From contig NC_043023.1 of NCBI RefSeq assembly GCF_006345805.1, positions 3,286,001 to 3,350,000 of the forward strand: 64,000 nt of DNA. The letters are read 5' to 3'. Positions 23,846 through 36,429 of this stretch are shown here, piece by piece. Both the position numbers and the translations under genes were made by a program. Positions within the stretch are counted from its first letter, which is position 1. Each line of letters opens with the position of its first letter. The DNA comes from Octopus sinensis (lineage: Eukaryota). Under the pieces are notes generated by a model. The model was not told the DNA's origin. It worked only from the letters and a program-made list of their open reading frames with translations, and searched no databases.

Positions 23846-25478
23846 ACTGAATTTTTTTTAATTCCAAAAGTAAAAAGGTTATGAGTGGTTATATGGGGGA
23901 CTTAAACGTGAATTCCACCAAAAATCAAATTTTCAAACTAATTTCTTTTTAATAGCATAAATGTTTTTATGGGAATAAAAATATTGAAGAACATTAATAC
24001 ATGTTACAGTGAGGAAGAAACAAAAATGGGATGTGTTAGAAACAACAGGCAGATCTCCCTTAAATCACACACCTTTCTTTACTCATAACTTTCTGACAAA
24101 TGGATATTAATGGATGTATCGGAATTTGTTGTGTAAAGGTTTTATGAGGGTGGGGTGAAAAGTTTTGGAAAATACACATCAGTCAGCTTTATTTCCTCAT
24201 AACTTTTGGAAAAATGGATATTTCTTTAATGAAATTTTCTACAAATATCATTCAGATTGTGAAGGTGATGATTATATCAGAATTTAATACGTAAACAAAA
24301 TTTGTGGGCTCACACACATACATAATTACATACACATCATGAATTGAAACTTAAAATTTTGATAAAAAATGTTATATCTGCGCGTGTGTGTGTGTGCAAA
24401 CATATCAATTTTTTTTTTTTTTAGAATAGATTTCAATCTAATTATAATCTACAACATCTGAAGCATATTTGTTGCAAATTTCGTTTAAAAGAATGTTCAT
24501 TTTTCTGGACGATATGAGGAAAGAAAGTCAGAGGTGTATGGCGGGTCGGGTGGGGGGCATTTGTGTAGATATGCTTCTGCTTCTTTCAGCAATTTGACTG
24601 GGGTTTTTCAAACAAATTGAGCCCAGGACTTATTTCTAAGCCTAGAACTAATTGTATTGATATATTTTGCTGAAATACTAAATTAGGGGGACCACATACA
24701 CACACACACATACTCATGACAGGCTCCTTTCAGTTTCTGGCTACCAAATCCACTCACAAGGCCTTGAGTGATGCATGGTTTTAATAGCAGACACTTGGGG
24801 TCGATTTGCTCAACTAAAGGTGGTGCTCCAGCATGGCCACAGTGAAATGACTAGAACAAGTAAAAGAGTAACTTCTAATGAAGTTTTAAACAAACACCTT
24901 TCAAATGGCATAGATTACGATTACAAAAAATTTGTGGGGAAAATTTTTCCTGAGGGCGTGGAAAGAGGAGTTTCGGATGAAGAAGACCAAATAAGTTGGA
25001 ACTAATCTCCATATACCCTGAGTCCACAGCATCCAAGTGGTATTTGTTGAAACTTTCATTAAAAAGTATCCATTTTTCTCGAACAAAGTCGGTGGGGTAC
25101 ACATCTATAGTTACGGCTTTTGAAAACATTATTTTTTAAAAAGCTTTTATAGAGAAACAACATCGGTGAGGACTGTCCATCGTTAGGTCTAAATTATATT
25201 ACAGACTTTTAACATGCTACATCCATATCATTTAATTAGAAATAATTTTCATTAATTACGTAGATGCAACGGTTGGCCCGAGGCTATAGTTGAGAACTCT
25301 TCCCCAAAGTAGTACTGAGAATGAAATCATATGGTTGGGAAGCTAGCTAAATAATATTTGGGATACCTCTGTCGCAACTAAGTATTGATGCAGATGCCTT
25401 ATCTACGATTCCTTATGACGATCCGATCAATGATTTTGCAATTCAAAAAAAGTAGGAGAAAGTTTTATTTTATCGGCA

Positions 25479-25895
25479 ATCTTTCGTCTCTAGTAGACCC
25501 TTCCGTCGATTTCCGTAAAAAAAAATTTTTTTTTTACATATGGGCTTGCGGGAACTTTTGAAGTAATGAGAGCGAAAGAGACTAAGAGAAAGCGATTGTA
25601 TGACGAGGGAAATTCTTTTGAAGTTACCGTGCATGTGAAGCATTGATGTACATGTGTGTGTGTGTGTGTGTTTGATGGGGTGTGGGAGACAGACAGTATG
25701 TTGTGTAAGTGAAGTGCTTCTGTTAGTGTGTGTGAAGAGACAGAGTAATGTGTGAAAGAGAGAGATAACTGAAATTTTTTACTCGGTGTATGTGTATATG
25801 TATGTATATTACTTCAAAAGTTCCCGCAAGCACATGTGTCAAAAAAAAAAAAATTTTACGGAAATCGACGGAAAGGTCTACTAGAGACGAAAGGT
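25479..25895. mobile_element. MITE with about 50-bp terminal inverted repeats (TIRs)
   Basis: atctttcgtctctagtagacccttccgtcgatttccgtaaaa ... ttttacggaaatcgacggaaaggtctactagagacgaaaggt. Partial second copy at about 40293-40610. Confidence 0.8.
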
Positions 25896-26357
25896 AATTG
25901 TTTATATTTTGAATTACATAATCTTTTAAGGAGACACCAAATTCTTTTAAGTGCTTAGGGCCTCGATGGCCCGGCCCAACGTGGAATTTAAAAAGACTTA
26001 CCCTAGAACAAGGATTGCAGTAACGTCAATGGCGCCTCTGCTGACAACTTCTTCACCAATGAAATTCAACCACGGCAGCTTCTATTAACTTCTCGTCTAA
26101 CTCTCGTATACATATATAACGAAACTTTCACCAAATAATCGCTTATGTCCTGTAGATTGAGCGTATTTTATGATTTTTTGGGAAAAAGAACTTCTTTGGT
26201 CTTCAAAAAAAAAAAAATAATAATAATTGGTATTCCTTCAGTATGACTCGAAAAATTCGACTTTGGCCTCGTATATTTCTGTGGCAATCGGGTTGTGTGT
26301 CAGTTCTTGTCCGTGTCTCTGTGTGCTTCTTCTTATCTGTGTATTTATGCAAAGATT

Positions 26358-26672
26358 TGGTACTACTAGTGGTTCCGGGTGCACACGCATGCATCCGCGC
26401 CATCTAGTGGTAAGTAGTCAATCCTACAACAACTTTTTAACCCTAACCCTAACCCTAACCTTAGTTGGTTTATAAAAATAATTTAATTACTTAGTTTACA
26501 AAATTATTTACTTTGCGTTTTATTTACTTTATTCAAAAAATATTATTTAATTTTCTTTCATATGTATTCAGCCTTGAGATACAAACACAAGCGGAAGTCG
26601 TTGTAGGATCGACTACTTACGACTAGCTAGTGCAGATGTGCGCACCGGGATCACTGTTTGCTAGTAGTACCC
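26358..26672. mobile_element. MITE family A (GGGTACTACT termini) with 6-bp TSD and (CCCTAA)n interior
   Basis: (T)GGTACTACTAG...CTAGTAGTACCC, flanks aagatt / aagact. Confidence 0.75.
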
Positions 26673-28829
26673 AAGACTTTTTGGTTAAACTAAAGCGTCT
26701 CACCCCAGTCATTAAAAAAAAAATAGTGTAGCCCCAGCATGGCCACAATCTAATGACAGAAACAAGTAAAAGATAAAAGAACACACACACACACACACAT
26801 GCATTATTTCTGAAAGGCTCCATTTCCCTGAGTTACCAATTTCTGATCATCAAGTTTCCAATGAAACTTTGCTGGCCAAATTTTGTTTTATTTCCACAGC
26901 ATAAAAACATAAAAATAGAACAGGCACACACACACACACACACAGACAAGATCTTGCCTGTTCTGTTTTTATATATTTGTGCTGTGGAATTTTTCATTTG
27001 AAACTTGACGAAAAAAGTCTTGGGTATTACTTACACTATTTTTTTTTTTTAGTTTAACCCATTTCTTGTCTATTTTTTATAATTCCTTTCACATTTACGA
27101 CACACATCCAAAGCAAAATTTTTTGAGGGTCCCTAAGATGCTATTGGATTCCCAATTTGCTGTTTTCTTACATGGATCTCCTAAAATCTTATATGGACAC
27201 TCAGGAGCCATGTGGACCCTGTTTGAGAACCACTGCTTTCAAGTATTACATTAAAGCATTATTTAAACCACAAACAGTTTCAGGATTTTGAGTGTATGGA
27301 GCTTATAACATTTATAATAATACTAGTCTGAAGGCTGCACACAATGTGGACCTTTACGCTTACTCTTGCGGAAGGATAATTTGGCCTACAGCCCCAAACT
27401 AAAGTGGGCTAAATAGCATGACCATAATACATCTATAATGACTGTATGCCTTGGTGGTGGTTAAACTAAAGCGTTTGACTCGGTCATAAAAAAAAAATAG
27501 TGTAATAGGTGTAAGTAATACCCAAGACTTTTTTATTCAAGTTTCAAAGGAAACATTGCTGGCCTAATTTTGTTATATTTATATTCAGCAGCACAAATAC
27601 ATAAAAACAGAACAGGCACACACACACAACACAGACAAGATCTTTTATTATGTATAGATATGTAACAGTCCCACTGCGTGGTGGCATCTTGGGCAAGTGT
27701 TTCTACTATAGTCTTGAGAGTGGATTTGGTGCATGGAAACTGAAAGAAGCCCCTGTGTGTGTTTGTCCCCCTTACCCCACAACATCGTTTGACAACCGAT
27801 CCTGGTGTGTTTACGTCCCTGTAACTTAGCAGTTCAGCAAAAGAGACTGATAGAATAAGTACTAGGCTTACAAAAGTAGGTCCCAGGGTCGATTTGCTCG
27901 ACTAAAGGGGGTGCTCCAGGATGGCCGCAGTCAAATGAATGAAACAAGTAAAAGAGCAAAAGAGTAAGGAGTAAAACAGTGCCCCAGCATGGCCACAATC
28001 TAATGACGGAAACAAGTAAAAGATAAAAGAACACACACACACACACACATGCATTATTACTGAAAGGCTCCATTTCCCTGAGTTACTAATTTCCCATCAT
28101 CAGCTGGTAAATTGATCTTCCTTTTCTTTTGAAATATTCCCCATTTGAATAAGCTTTTGAAATTTGAAATGGAAGTTTGAAGGAAACACTTATCTTTATG
28201 CTCTATTGTTCAAAAAACCTTTGTGAACGACAAGTAGCAAAGAATTGGCTGCCTCAAGGTTATACTTTTGATTTTGTATCTGGTTATCGTGGTAATACTA
28301 TTACAAACATCTTAAACCCCTTATGAGTGAAGTCCTGCAAATGTCTTATGTTTAAATAATGTTTTACAGTTATATAGGCGCAGGAGTGGCTGTGTGGTAA
28401 GTAGCTTGCTAACCAACCACATGTTTGTGGCATCTTGGGCAAGTGTCTTCTGCTATAGCCTCGGGCCGACCAAAGCCTCGTAAGTGGATTTGGTAGGCGG
28501 AAACTGAAAGAAGCCCGTCTTAGGCTATAGTAGAAGACACTTGCCCAAGGAGCCACACAGTGGGACTGAACCCGGAACCATGTGGTTGGTAAGCAAGCTA
28601 CTTACCACACAGCCACTCCTACGCCTTGTATCAAAATTAATAACAAAAAGCACAGGTGTGACTGAGTAGTAAGAAGCTTGCTTCCCTACTGCATGGTCCT
28701 GGGTTCAGTCTTACTGTGCGGCACCTGGGGTAAGTGTCTTCTACTATAGTCGCATGCCAACTAAAGCTTTGTGAGTGGATTTGATAGATGAAAACTGAAA
28801 GAAACTCATCATACTCCTTGTTTTTTTCT

Positions 28830-30045
28830 GTGTCCCTGTTTGTAGAAGAGCGTAGGCTCGAAACGTAAAGGATTTTTTCTATTCGTGAGCATTATACTAA
28901 TACATCTGTTTGTTTTTGTACACCACCTGTCTTTGTCTTTTTGTTTTTTTTGTAAACTCTCCCTATATATATATGCGTGTATATATATATATATTGTTTT
29001 GGGATTTGGTTTGCAAGATTCTTTATATGAGTTCGTGTGTTGAAGCATATTTTGTTGAGTCTGAGGAGAGTCATTTTCTTTTTGTGCCTTATAATGTAAC
29101 ACACTCACCGATAAAATAGTCAAGACTATTGAAAAGGTTGCAAAACGCAACTAAAATTTTAGGAAAATAAAAATAAGAAAAAAGTGGAAATTTTATCGGC
29201 GAGTGTGTTAAATTATAAGGGACAAAAAGAAAATGACTCTCCCCAGACACAACAGTATATGTATATATATATATATATATATGTTAATCGTTTTGGGATT
29301 TGGTTTGCAAGATTCTTTATATGAGTTCGTGTGTTGAAGCATATTTTGTTGAGTCTGAGGAGAGTCATTTTCTTTTTGTGCCTTATAATGTAACACACTC
29401 ACCGATAAAATAGTCAAGACTATTGAAAAGGTTGCAAAACGCAACTAAAATTTTAGGAAAATAAAAATAAGAAAAAAGTGGAAATTTTATCGGCGAGTGT
29501 GTTAAATTATAAGGGACAAAAAGAAAATGACTCTCCCCAGACACAACAGTATATGTATATATATATATATATATGTTAATCGTTTTGGGATTTGGTTTGC
29601 AAGATTCTTTATATGAGTTCGTGTGTTGAAGCATATTTTGTTGAGTCTGAGGAGAGTCATTTTCTTTTTGTGCCTTATAATGTAACACACTCACCGATAA
29701 AATAGTCAAGACTATTGAAAAGGTTGCAAAACGCAACTAAAATTTTAGGAAAATAAAAATAAGAAAAAAGTGGAAATTTTATCGGCGAGTGTGTTAAATT
29801 ATAAGGGACAAAAAGAAAACGACTCTCCCCAGACACAACAGTATATGTATATATATATATATATATATATTTCGTTTTGGGATTCGGTTTGCAAGATTCT
29901 TTATGTGAGTTCGTGTGTTGAAGCATATTCTGTTGTGTCTGGGGAGAGTCAATTTCTTTTAGTGACTTGTAATTTAACACACTCACCGGTAAAATTTCCA
30001 CTTATTTCTTAAAATTTTCGTTGCATCTTGCAACCTTTTCAATAT
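28830..30045. repeat. About 292-bp tandem units with internal inverted repeats (Penelope-like LTR-derived, inferred)
   Basis: gagagtcattttctttttgtgccttataat...ccgataaaa and its reverse complement alternate. Three to four units. Confidence 0.7.
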
Positions 30046-30529
30046 GCCTATAAGCATACACATACAAACATCTAAATCTCTCTTTACCTGTTCCAGTTGG
30101 TCACTTGACTGTGGCCATGTTGGGGCACCGCCTTAAAAACTTTTAGTTGAATGAATCAATCCAGTACTTATTTTATTGATACATTATTGGTGTCTACTGC
30201 CAAACTGCTGAGTTACAGGGATGTAAACAAAACAACACCAGTTGTTTAGTGGTAGTGGGGACAAACATAAATACACACACACTGTCTTCATGGAAGATTG
30301 GAAATTAAGAACACCGCTTCCATGACAGGGACACTCGTTTACGACAATCACATGAGGTTAAAGCAAAGAAACTGTAACACATAAAAAAATGGCACCCCAT
30401 CGGTTATGAGGGCTTCAGTGGATCTGATCAACAGAACAGCCTGCTCCTGAAATTAATGTGCAAGTGGTTGAGCATTCCACAGATATCTGGACCCTAAAGC
30501 TCTCAACATATTATCCTGTATATTTTTAT

Positions 30530-31570
30530 TTAGAGTTGTGATCCCCGTGCCAATGGCACATAAAAGGCACCATCCGAACATGGCTAATGTCAGCACCACC
30601 TGGACTAGCTTCCATGCTGGTGGCACATAAAAAGTACCAACCAATTGTGGTTGTTGCCAGCCGCCTCTAGCCCCTTTGCTGGTGGCACGTAAAAGGCACC
30701 AACCGATCTTGGTCGTTGCCAGCTGCCTCTGGCCCCTGTGCCGGTGGCACATAAAAAGCACCAACCGATTGTGGTCGTTGCCAGCCGCCTCTAGCCCCTT
30801 TGCTGGTGGCACGTAAAAGGCACCAACCGATTGTGGTCGTTGCCAGCTGCCTCTAGCCCCTTTGCTGGTGGCACGTAAAAGGCACCAACCGATTGTGGTC
30901 GTTGCCAGCCGCCTCTGGCCCCTTTGCTGGTGGGACATAAAAGGCAACAACCGATCTTGGTCGTTGCCAGCTACCTCTGGCCCCTGTGCCGGTGGCACGT
31001 AAAAAGCACCAACCGATTGTGGTCGTTGCCAGCCGCCTCTGGCACGTAAAAGCACTTGCTCAAGGATGATGGGTTGCCAGGTATTGAACTTGTGACCTTA
31101 TGGCTTTAAGCAAAATACCCTAACCACTAAGCTACATGCTTTCACTTTCGACTTACATTCGAAATCGGTCAAAAATCAATGGAAATTGTAGTTGTGATAC
31201 CAGTGCCAGTAGCTGGTGGCATGTAAAACACACCAAATGATAGTGGCTGTTGCCAGCCTCCCCTGGCACCTGTGCCGGTGGCATGTAAAAAGCACCAATC
31301 CGATTGTGGCCGTTGCCAGCCTCCCCTGGCACGTAAAAAGCACCAACCGATCGTGGGCGTTGCCAGACTCCCCTGGCACCTGTGCCGGTGTCATGTAAAA
31401 AGCACCCACTACACTCACGGAGTGGTTGGCGTTAGGAAGAGGCATCCAGCTGTAGAAACATTGCCAGATCAGACTGGAGCCTGGTGCAGCCTCCTGGCTT
31501 CCCAGACCCCGGTTGAACCGTCCAACCCATGCTAGCATGGAAAACGGACATTAAACGATGATGATGATGA
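30530..31570 (-). repeat. RTE 3' UTR-like elements with internally amplified about 60-bp subrepeats
   Basis: ggtggcacgtaaaaggcaccaaccgattgtggtcgttgccagc repeated about 7 times, then a copy of the RTE tail. Confidence 0.75.
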
Positions 31571-32699
31571 TGCTTCATCAAATCCACTCACAAGTCTTTG
31601 GTTGACCAGAGGCTAAAGGAGACACTTGCCCATGGTGCCATGCAGTGGGATTGAACTTGGAGCCATGTGGTTTGGAAGCAATCATCTTCTCACACAGCCA
31701 TGCTCATCATCATTATTATTTAATGTCCGTTGTCCATGCTGGAAGGCTGAGCCAGGATCCAGTCTGATTTGGCATGGCTTTCTACAGCTGGATGCCCTTC
31801 CAAATGCCAACCACTCCAAGGGTGCTTTTACATTCCACCGGCATGGGTGCCATTTGCATGGCACTGGTATCTGTCACGACTGCGATTTTGGTTGCTGATG
31901 GGTCTTCTTCTCAAGCATGACGTAATGCCAAAGGTCTTGGCCATTGCCTCTGTGAAGCCTAACCCTCGAAAGGAACTCTGCCACTCTGCCCCCATGGGGC
32001 TCATTAATTAAAAAACACCAAGTTACCTCTTTTGTTTGTAATTTCTTTATTTGTTCTTTTTGTTGTTTTTGTTTGAAATGACATGAAACTAAATAATAAT
32101 AATAATAATAATAATAATAAAGCTGATCCAAGAAAAACGGTAAAATGCTAACTGGGAATCAGACCAGAAATATGGTAGAGACAATAAGGGAAATGACTCA
32201 ACTTGCTAGAAATAGCAGCCAGATGTCCTTCAAATTACATCCTTCTATTTAAAGTCAGTATTGAACTGTATAGTTACTGGTATCAAAATTCAAGGAAAAA
32301 TGGGATGATCATGGCTGGAAGCCCCTGAACTGCCTTCTTGTTTGATCAAGGCTGGCCTAGGGCTAAACAACAACACAATCATCTATACAGTCATGGGATA
32401 TCCCAAAGAGATAGACAGGATGGTCATTGATGGAACGTCCTGGACCACTTCTGATCGTAAGTTCTGTTGGGTTTAGGGCAGACCTGGGGCTAAAAAGAAA
32501 CAACAACAACAACTGTAACGACAAACAAATAGATGGGATGGTCATTGATGGAACCTCCTGGACCATTCTTGATTGTAAGTTCTGCTGAGTCCAGGGCTGA
32601 CTCGGGGCTAAAAAACAACAAACACATAGACACACAAAAGTCCAGCTTCTCTGCCTGTGGGGGCAGGGCCCTCAGGCTCACACAGAAGCATATCCTTGT

Positions 32700-32877
32700 T
32701 TATCGAAGCCAAGGGTCAGGTCGGTTCTTTCTCATTAGGAACTCAATTTTCTGGTTCATACTGTTGTCGTAGATCCTCTTACACCTCTCATAGCTAAGCC
32801 GGCGCCTCTTTTGAAATGGTTTCTCGTAGTACATTCGTTGGCGGTGAAGTTCTAATACTTTGTCCACTCGCAGGATT
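32700..32877 (-). CDS. MRPS21: Mitochondrial ribosomal protein S21, coding exon 2
   Basis: Acceptor ctctctcccttag|, phase 2. (R)ILRVDKVLELHRQRMYYEKPFQKRRRLSYERCKRIYDNSMNQKIEFLMRKNRPDPWLR* matches bS21m YYEKP...FLMRKNR.DPW. Confidence 0.95.
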
Positions 32878-32994
32878 CTAAGGGAGAGAGAGAGAGAAAG
32901 AAAAGCAATGGTGAGAGATTTATCTTTGCTTCCTGTGATTAACTCTTTTGTTACTGTATTTATTTTGAGATGTTCTGTGTTTCTTTCAATTAAT

Positions 32995-33505
32995 TTTAAA
33001 TATAACAAAGAATTTAGTAAAATAACTTAGTTATCATTAAGCTAGTGTTAGGAACATAAATTGCGACTAAGGTTTGGTGGAAGATTTTAATTCAAAACTT
33101 ATGAAAACAAGACATTTGTATTACAGAGCCAGAGCCGGTTTCAGCCAGGTTAGTATCAAAAGGGTTAAATATAACAAAGAATTTAGTAAAATAACTTAGT
33201 TGTCATTAAGCTGGTGTTAGGAACATAAATTGTGACTATGGTTTGGTGGAAGATTTTAATTCAAAACTTATGAAAACAAGACATTTGTACTACAGAGCCA
33301 GAGGTGGTTTCAGCCAGGTTTGTATCAAAAGGGTTAAATATAACAAAGAATTTAGTAAAATAACTTAGTTGTCATTAAGCTGGTGTTAGGAACATAAATT
33401 GTGACTAAAGTTTGGTGGAAGATTTTAATTCAAAACTTTTGAAAACAAGACATTTGTACTCAGAGCCAGAGGCGGTGTGGCCAGGTTGGTAATGAAAGGG
33501 TTAAA
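32995..33505 (-). repeat. About 169-bp tandem units x3, piggyBac-like termini
   Basis: Reverse complement of the 5060-5715 family, with aaagggttaa ends. Confidence 0.7.
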
Positions 33506-34329
33506 GAAGAGAGAGTGTTGTTTTGCCCTGTGAAAGTCTTCATGTAATAGGGACTTAATGACACATATATGCTTCTTTATTAGCCACACGGGGCTGAACA
33601 CAGACAGGACAAATTACAAAGTAGAGCTTTTCTTTTTGGGGAGAAAAGAAAAAAAAAAGTGGGGTAGGTTTTCGATCAAAAGGGATCGTAAAAAGGAAAA
33701 AGAAAAAAAAGAGAGAGGCTATTCGAGTGTGATCGTTATACCTGTGCTAGTAGGGTGCCAAGAGCACCATCCGAGCGTGATCATTGTCAGAGCAGCCAAC
33801 TGGATTCCGTACCCGTGGCACGTAAAAGGGCACCATTCGAGCGTAATCGTCACCAACGTCGTTTCACTGGCACCTGTAAAAGATTTGAGCGAGGTCGTTG
33901 CCAGTATCACCTGACTGGCCCTGTGCCGGTGGCACGTAAAAAGCACCCACTACACTCTTGGAGTGGTTGGCATCCAGCTGTAGAAACTCTGCCAGATCAA
34001 GACTGGAGCCTGGTGCAGCCATCTGGTTCGCCAGACCTCAGTCAAAACCGTCCAACCCATGCTAGCATGGAAAGTGGATGTTAAACGATGATGATGATGA
34101 TCAATAGGAATCGTGTATCACAGAAATGTCATGATGTAAACTGTAGAGGGGGAAGCAGATAAGGTTTATCTGTGGGAAGAAAAGCCTACGGAAAAGACCA
34201 CGGTAACCTCGGTCACTTTCCTTTTCAAGTGATACTTGAAGAAATTGATGAGAGATTGACCAGAGAGGAAAGTGTTTGTCTCCAATCCTTTCAGACACGC
34301 TCACCAGATACATTCTTTCATCACTTATA

Positions 34330-34880
34330 CCAACTATTGTACTATACATTAGATAAAGTAGTCCTAGATACACTATGCCTGAATAAAAGATGGGATGGTC
34401 ACAGCTGGAACGTCTTTGATCATAGGTCTGTCTAGATCAGGACTGACCTGGAGCTAAACTCCACTAACTACTACACTGTACATCAGATACTGTAGTCCTA
34501 GATACACTATGTTCAAATAAAAAGTGGGATGGTCATAACTGGACCGTCTTCAATCAGACAGTTGGGTCAGGGCTGACCTGGGGTTTAACAGCAACAACTA
34601 TAGCTACTAATACAGACTACAATACTAGACATTAGATAATGTAGTCTTAGATACACTATGCCTGAATATAAGATGGGATGGTCACAGCTGGAACATCTTT
34701 GATCATAGGTCGACTGGATTAGGACTGGCCTGGGGCTAAGCAACAACAACAACAACCATAACCACTAATACAGACTACAATACTATACATTAGATAATGT
34801 AGTCCTAGATACACTATACCTGAATAAAAGATGGGGTGGTCACAGCTGGAACATCTTTGATCATAGGCCAGAAGGACCAG
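34330..34880 (-). repeat. Tandem copies of an about 100-130 bp repeat, same family as 58200-59570
   Basis: Recurrent tagataatgtagtcctagatacactatgcctgaataaaagatgggatggtcacagctgg. Confidence 0.75.
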
Positions 34881-35828
34881 GAATAAAATGGGATTAAAAA
34901 ACAATAACTATAGGTACTAGGGCCTCTTGGAGGTGAGGTGGCTGAGTTCCTTTTGAGTGTTGGGTTTCGTGGAGGCAAAGTGACCAAGCACCCACGTGTT
35001 TGGCCACACGGAGGAAATGACCAAAATCTTTAGCATTATGTCGTGGCAGATACAGGGTGTCATGCAAATGGCACCCAAGCTGGTGGCATGTAAAAACCAT
35101 TCATTACACTCTTGGAGTGGTTGGCATTAGGAAGTTCCTTCTCAAGCCATGCCTGGCTCATAGGGGCCGGTTTCCTGGTTTCCTTCAAAATCGAAATCCA
35201 TCAACATCAATGGAAATTGCAGCTGTGATACCAGTGCCGGTGGTACGTAAGAGAAAAAACTGCCGTTCAAACCGAAAACATCCAAATCTTCCACTAAGCC
35301 CCGGACCAACATCTAAGTGGATTTGGTAGATGGAAACTGAAAGAAGCCCGTCTTTTATATATATCATAATCGCAGGAGTGGCTGTATAGTAAGAAACTTA
35401 CTTCTCAATCACATGGTTCCGGGTTCAGTCCCACTGAGTGGCACCCTGATCAAGTGTCTTCTACTACAGCCTCGGACCGACCAACGCCTTGTGAGTGGAT
35501 TTGGTAGACGGAAACTGAAAGAAGCCCGTCGTTTATATATATAATCTTTATGTGTGTGCATCTGAGATCTTTCACTACCGCCGTTATTTTGTTTGCGTCT
35601 TCGTAAACTTAATGGCAAAAATGCCCAATACTATAAAAATAAGGGATCTTTTATTTTTTAAATCTGCCGGTCAACGTGAAAAGATCCAAAATAAGCACTG
35701 GGGTCGATTTGCTCGGCTAAAACCCTACCAGGCAGTGACCCGGCCGGCCCTTGTCGAATAACCTCAGAAGAGGGCTAATGTTGAATCGCACCTCTCCTGG
35801 AAAAATGCATTTTTTAAAAACATTTTTA

Positions 35829-36255
35829 CGGGTTCCTACGTTTTGGATGTCGGAGATTACGAATATGCAAAAAAAAATAATTTACAAATAAATTCTTCGA
35901 GCAGAGTATATGCAAAACGAAGTTACATTTCGTCGTTTCCGAGACAGTTTTTATAATTACTGTTAAGTTTTCATTCCGATCGAACAACACGTTTTGTTTT
36001 TATCAATTTTGAATTAATCAGAAGTACCATTTCGGGTTCCTACGTTTTAGATGTCGGAGATTAGGAATATGCAAACATAAATAATAATAAAAATTTACAA
36101 ATAGACTTTTCGAGCAGAGTATATACAAAAATACAAAACGAAGTTACGTTTCGTGGTTTCCGAGTCAGTTTTTATAATAACTGTTAAGTTTTCATTCCAA
36201 TCGAAGAACACGGTTTGTTTTTATTAATTTTGAATTAATCAGAAGTAACATTTAT
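35829..36255. repeat. About 205-bp tandem duplication in the MRPS21 intron
   Basis: cgggttcctacgttt...cagaagta occurs twice (35829 and 36032). Confidence 0.8.
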
Positions 36256-36300
36256 TTTTTTTCGGGGCAATATTCAAGCCGTGATTATTATATAACATAC

Positions 36301-36386
36301 CTGTCCAGTGTCCGGTAAGCAACATCGAGTTGGTTGTCCTTGACAAGGACGGTCCTTGCTATAAACCTCATGTGGTTGGCAGACAT
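36301..36386 (-). CDS. MRPS21: Mitochondrial ribosomal protein S21, coding exon 1
   Basis: MSANHMRFIARTVLVKDNQLDVAYRTLDR, donor AG|gtatgt, phase 2. 86+178 = 264 nt, giving 87 aa. Confidence 0.95.
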
Positions 36387-36429
36387 GATAGTCGCGAGGA
36401 AGGGAGTGAGGAGGAGGAGGAACTAAAGG

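Noticed and set aside
28809-29736. Three ORFs starting MRFATFSIVLTILSVSVLHY that look like secreted peptides
   Set aside because: They are read through a repeat unit and (TA)n microsatellite, with no supporting splice structure.
30453-31055. 200-aa repetitive ORF and similar ORFs (48833-49378, 48205-48549)
   Set aside because: These are translations of tandem repeat subunits or microsatellites.
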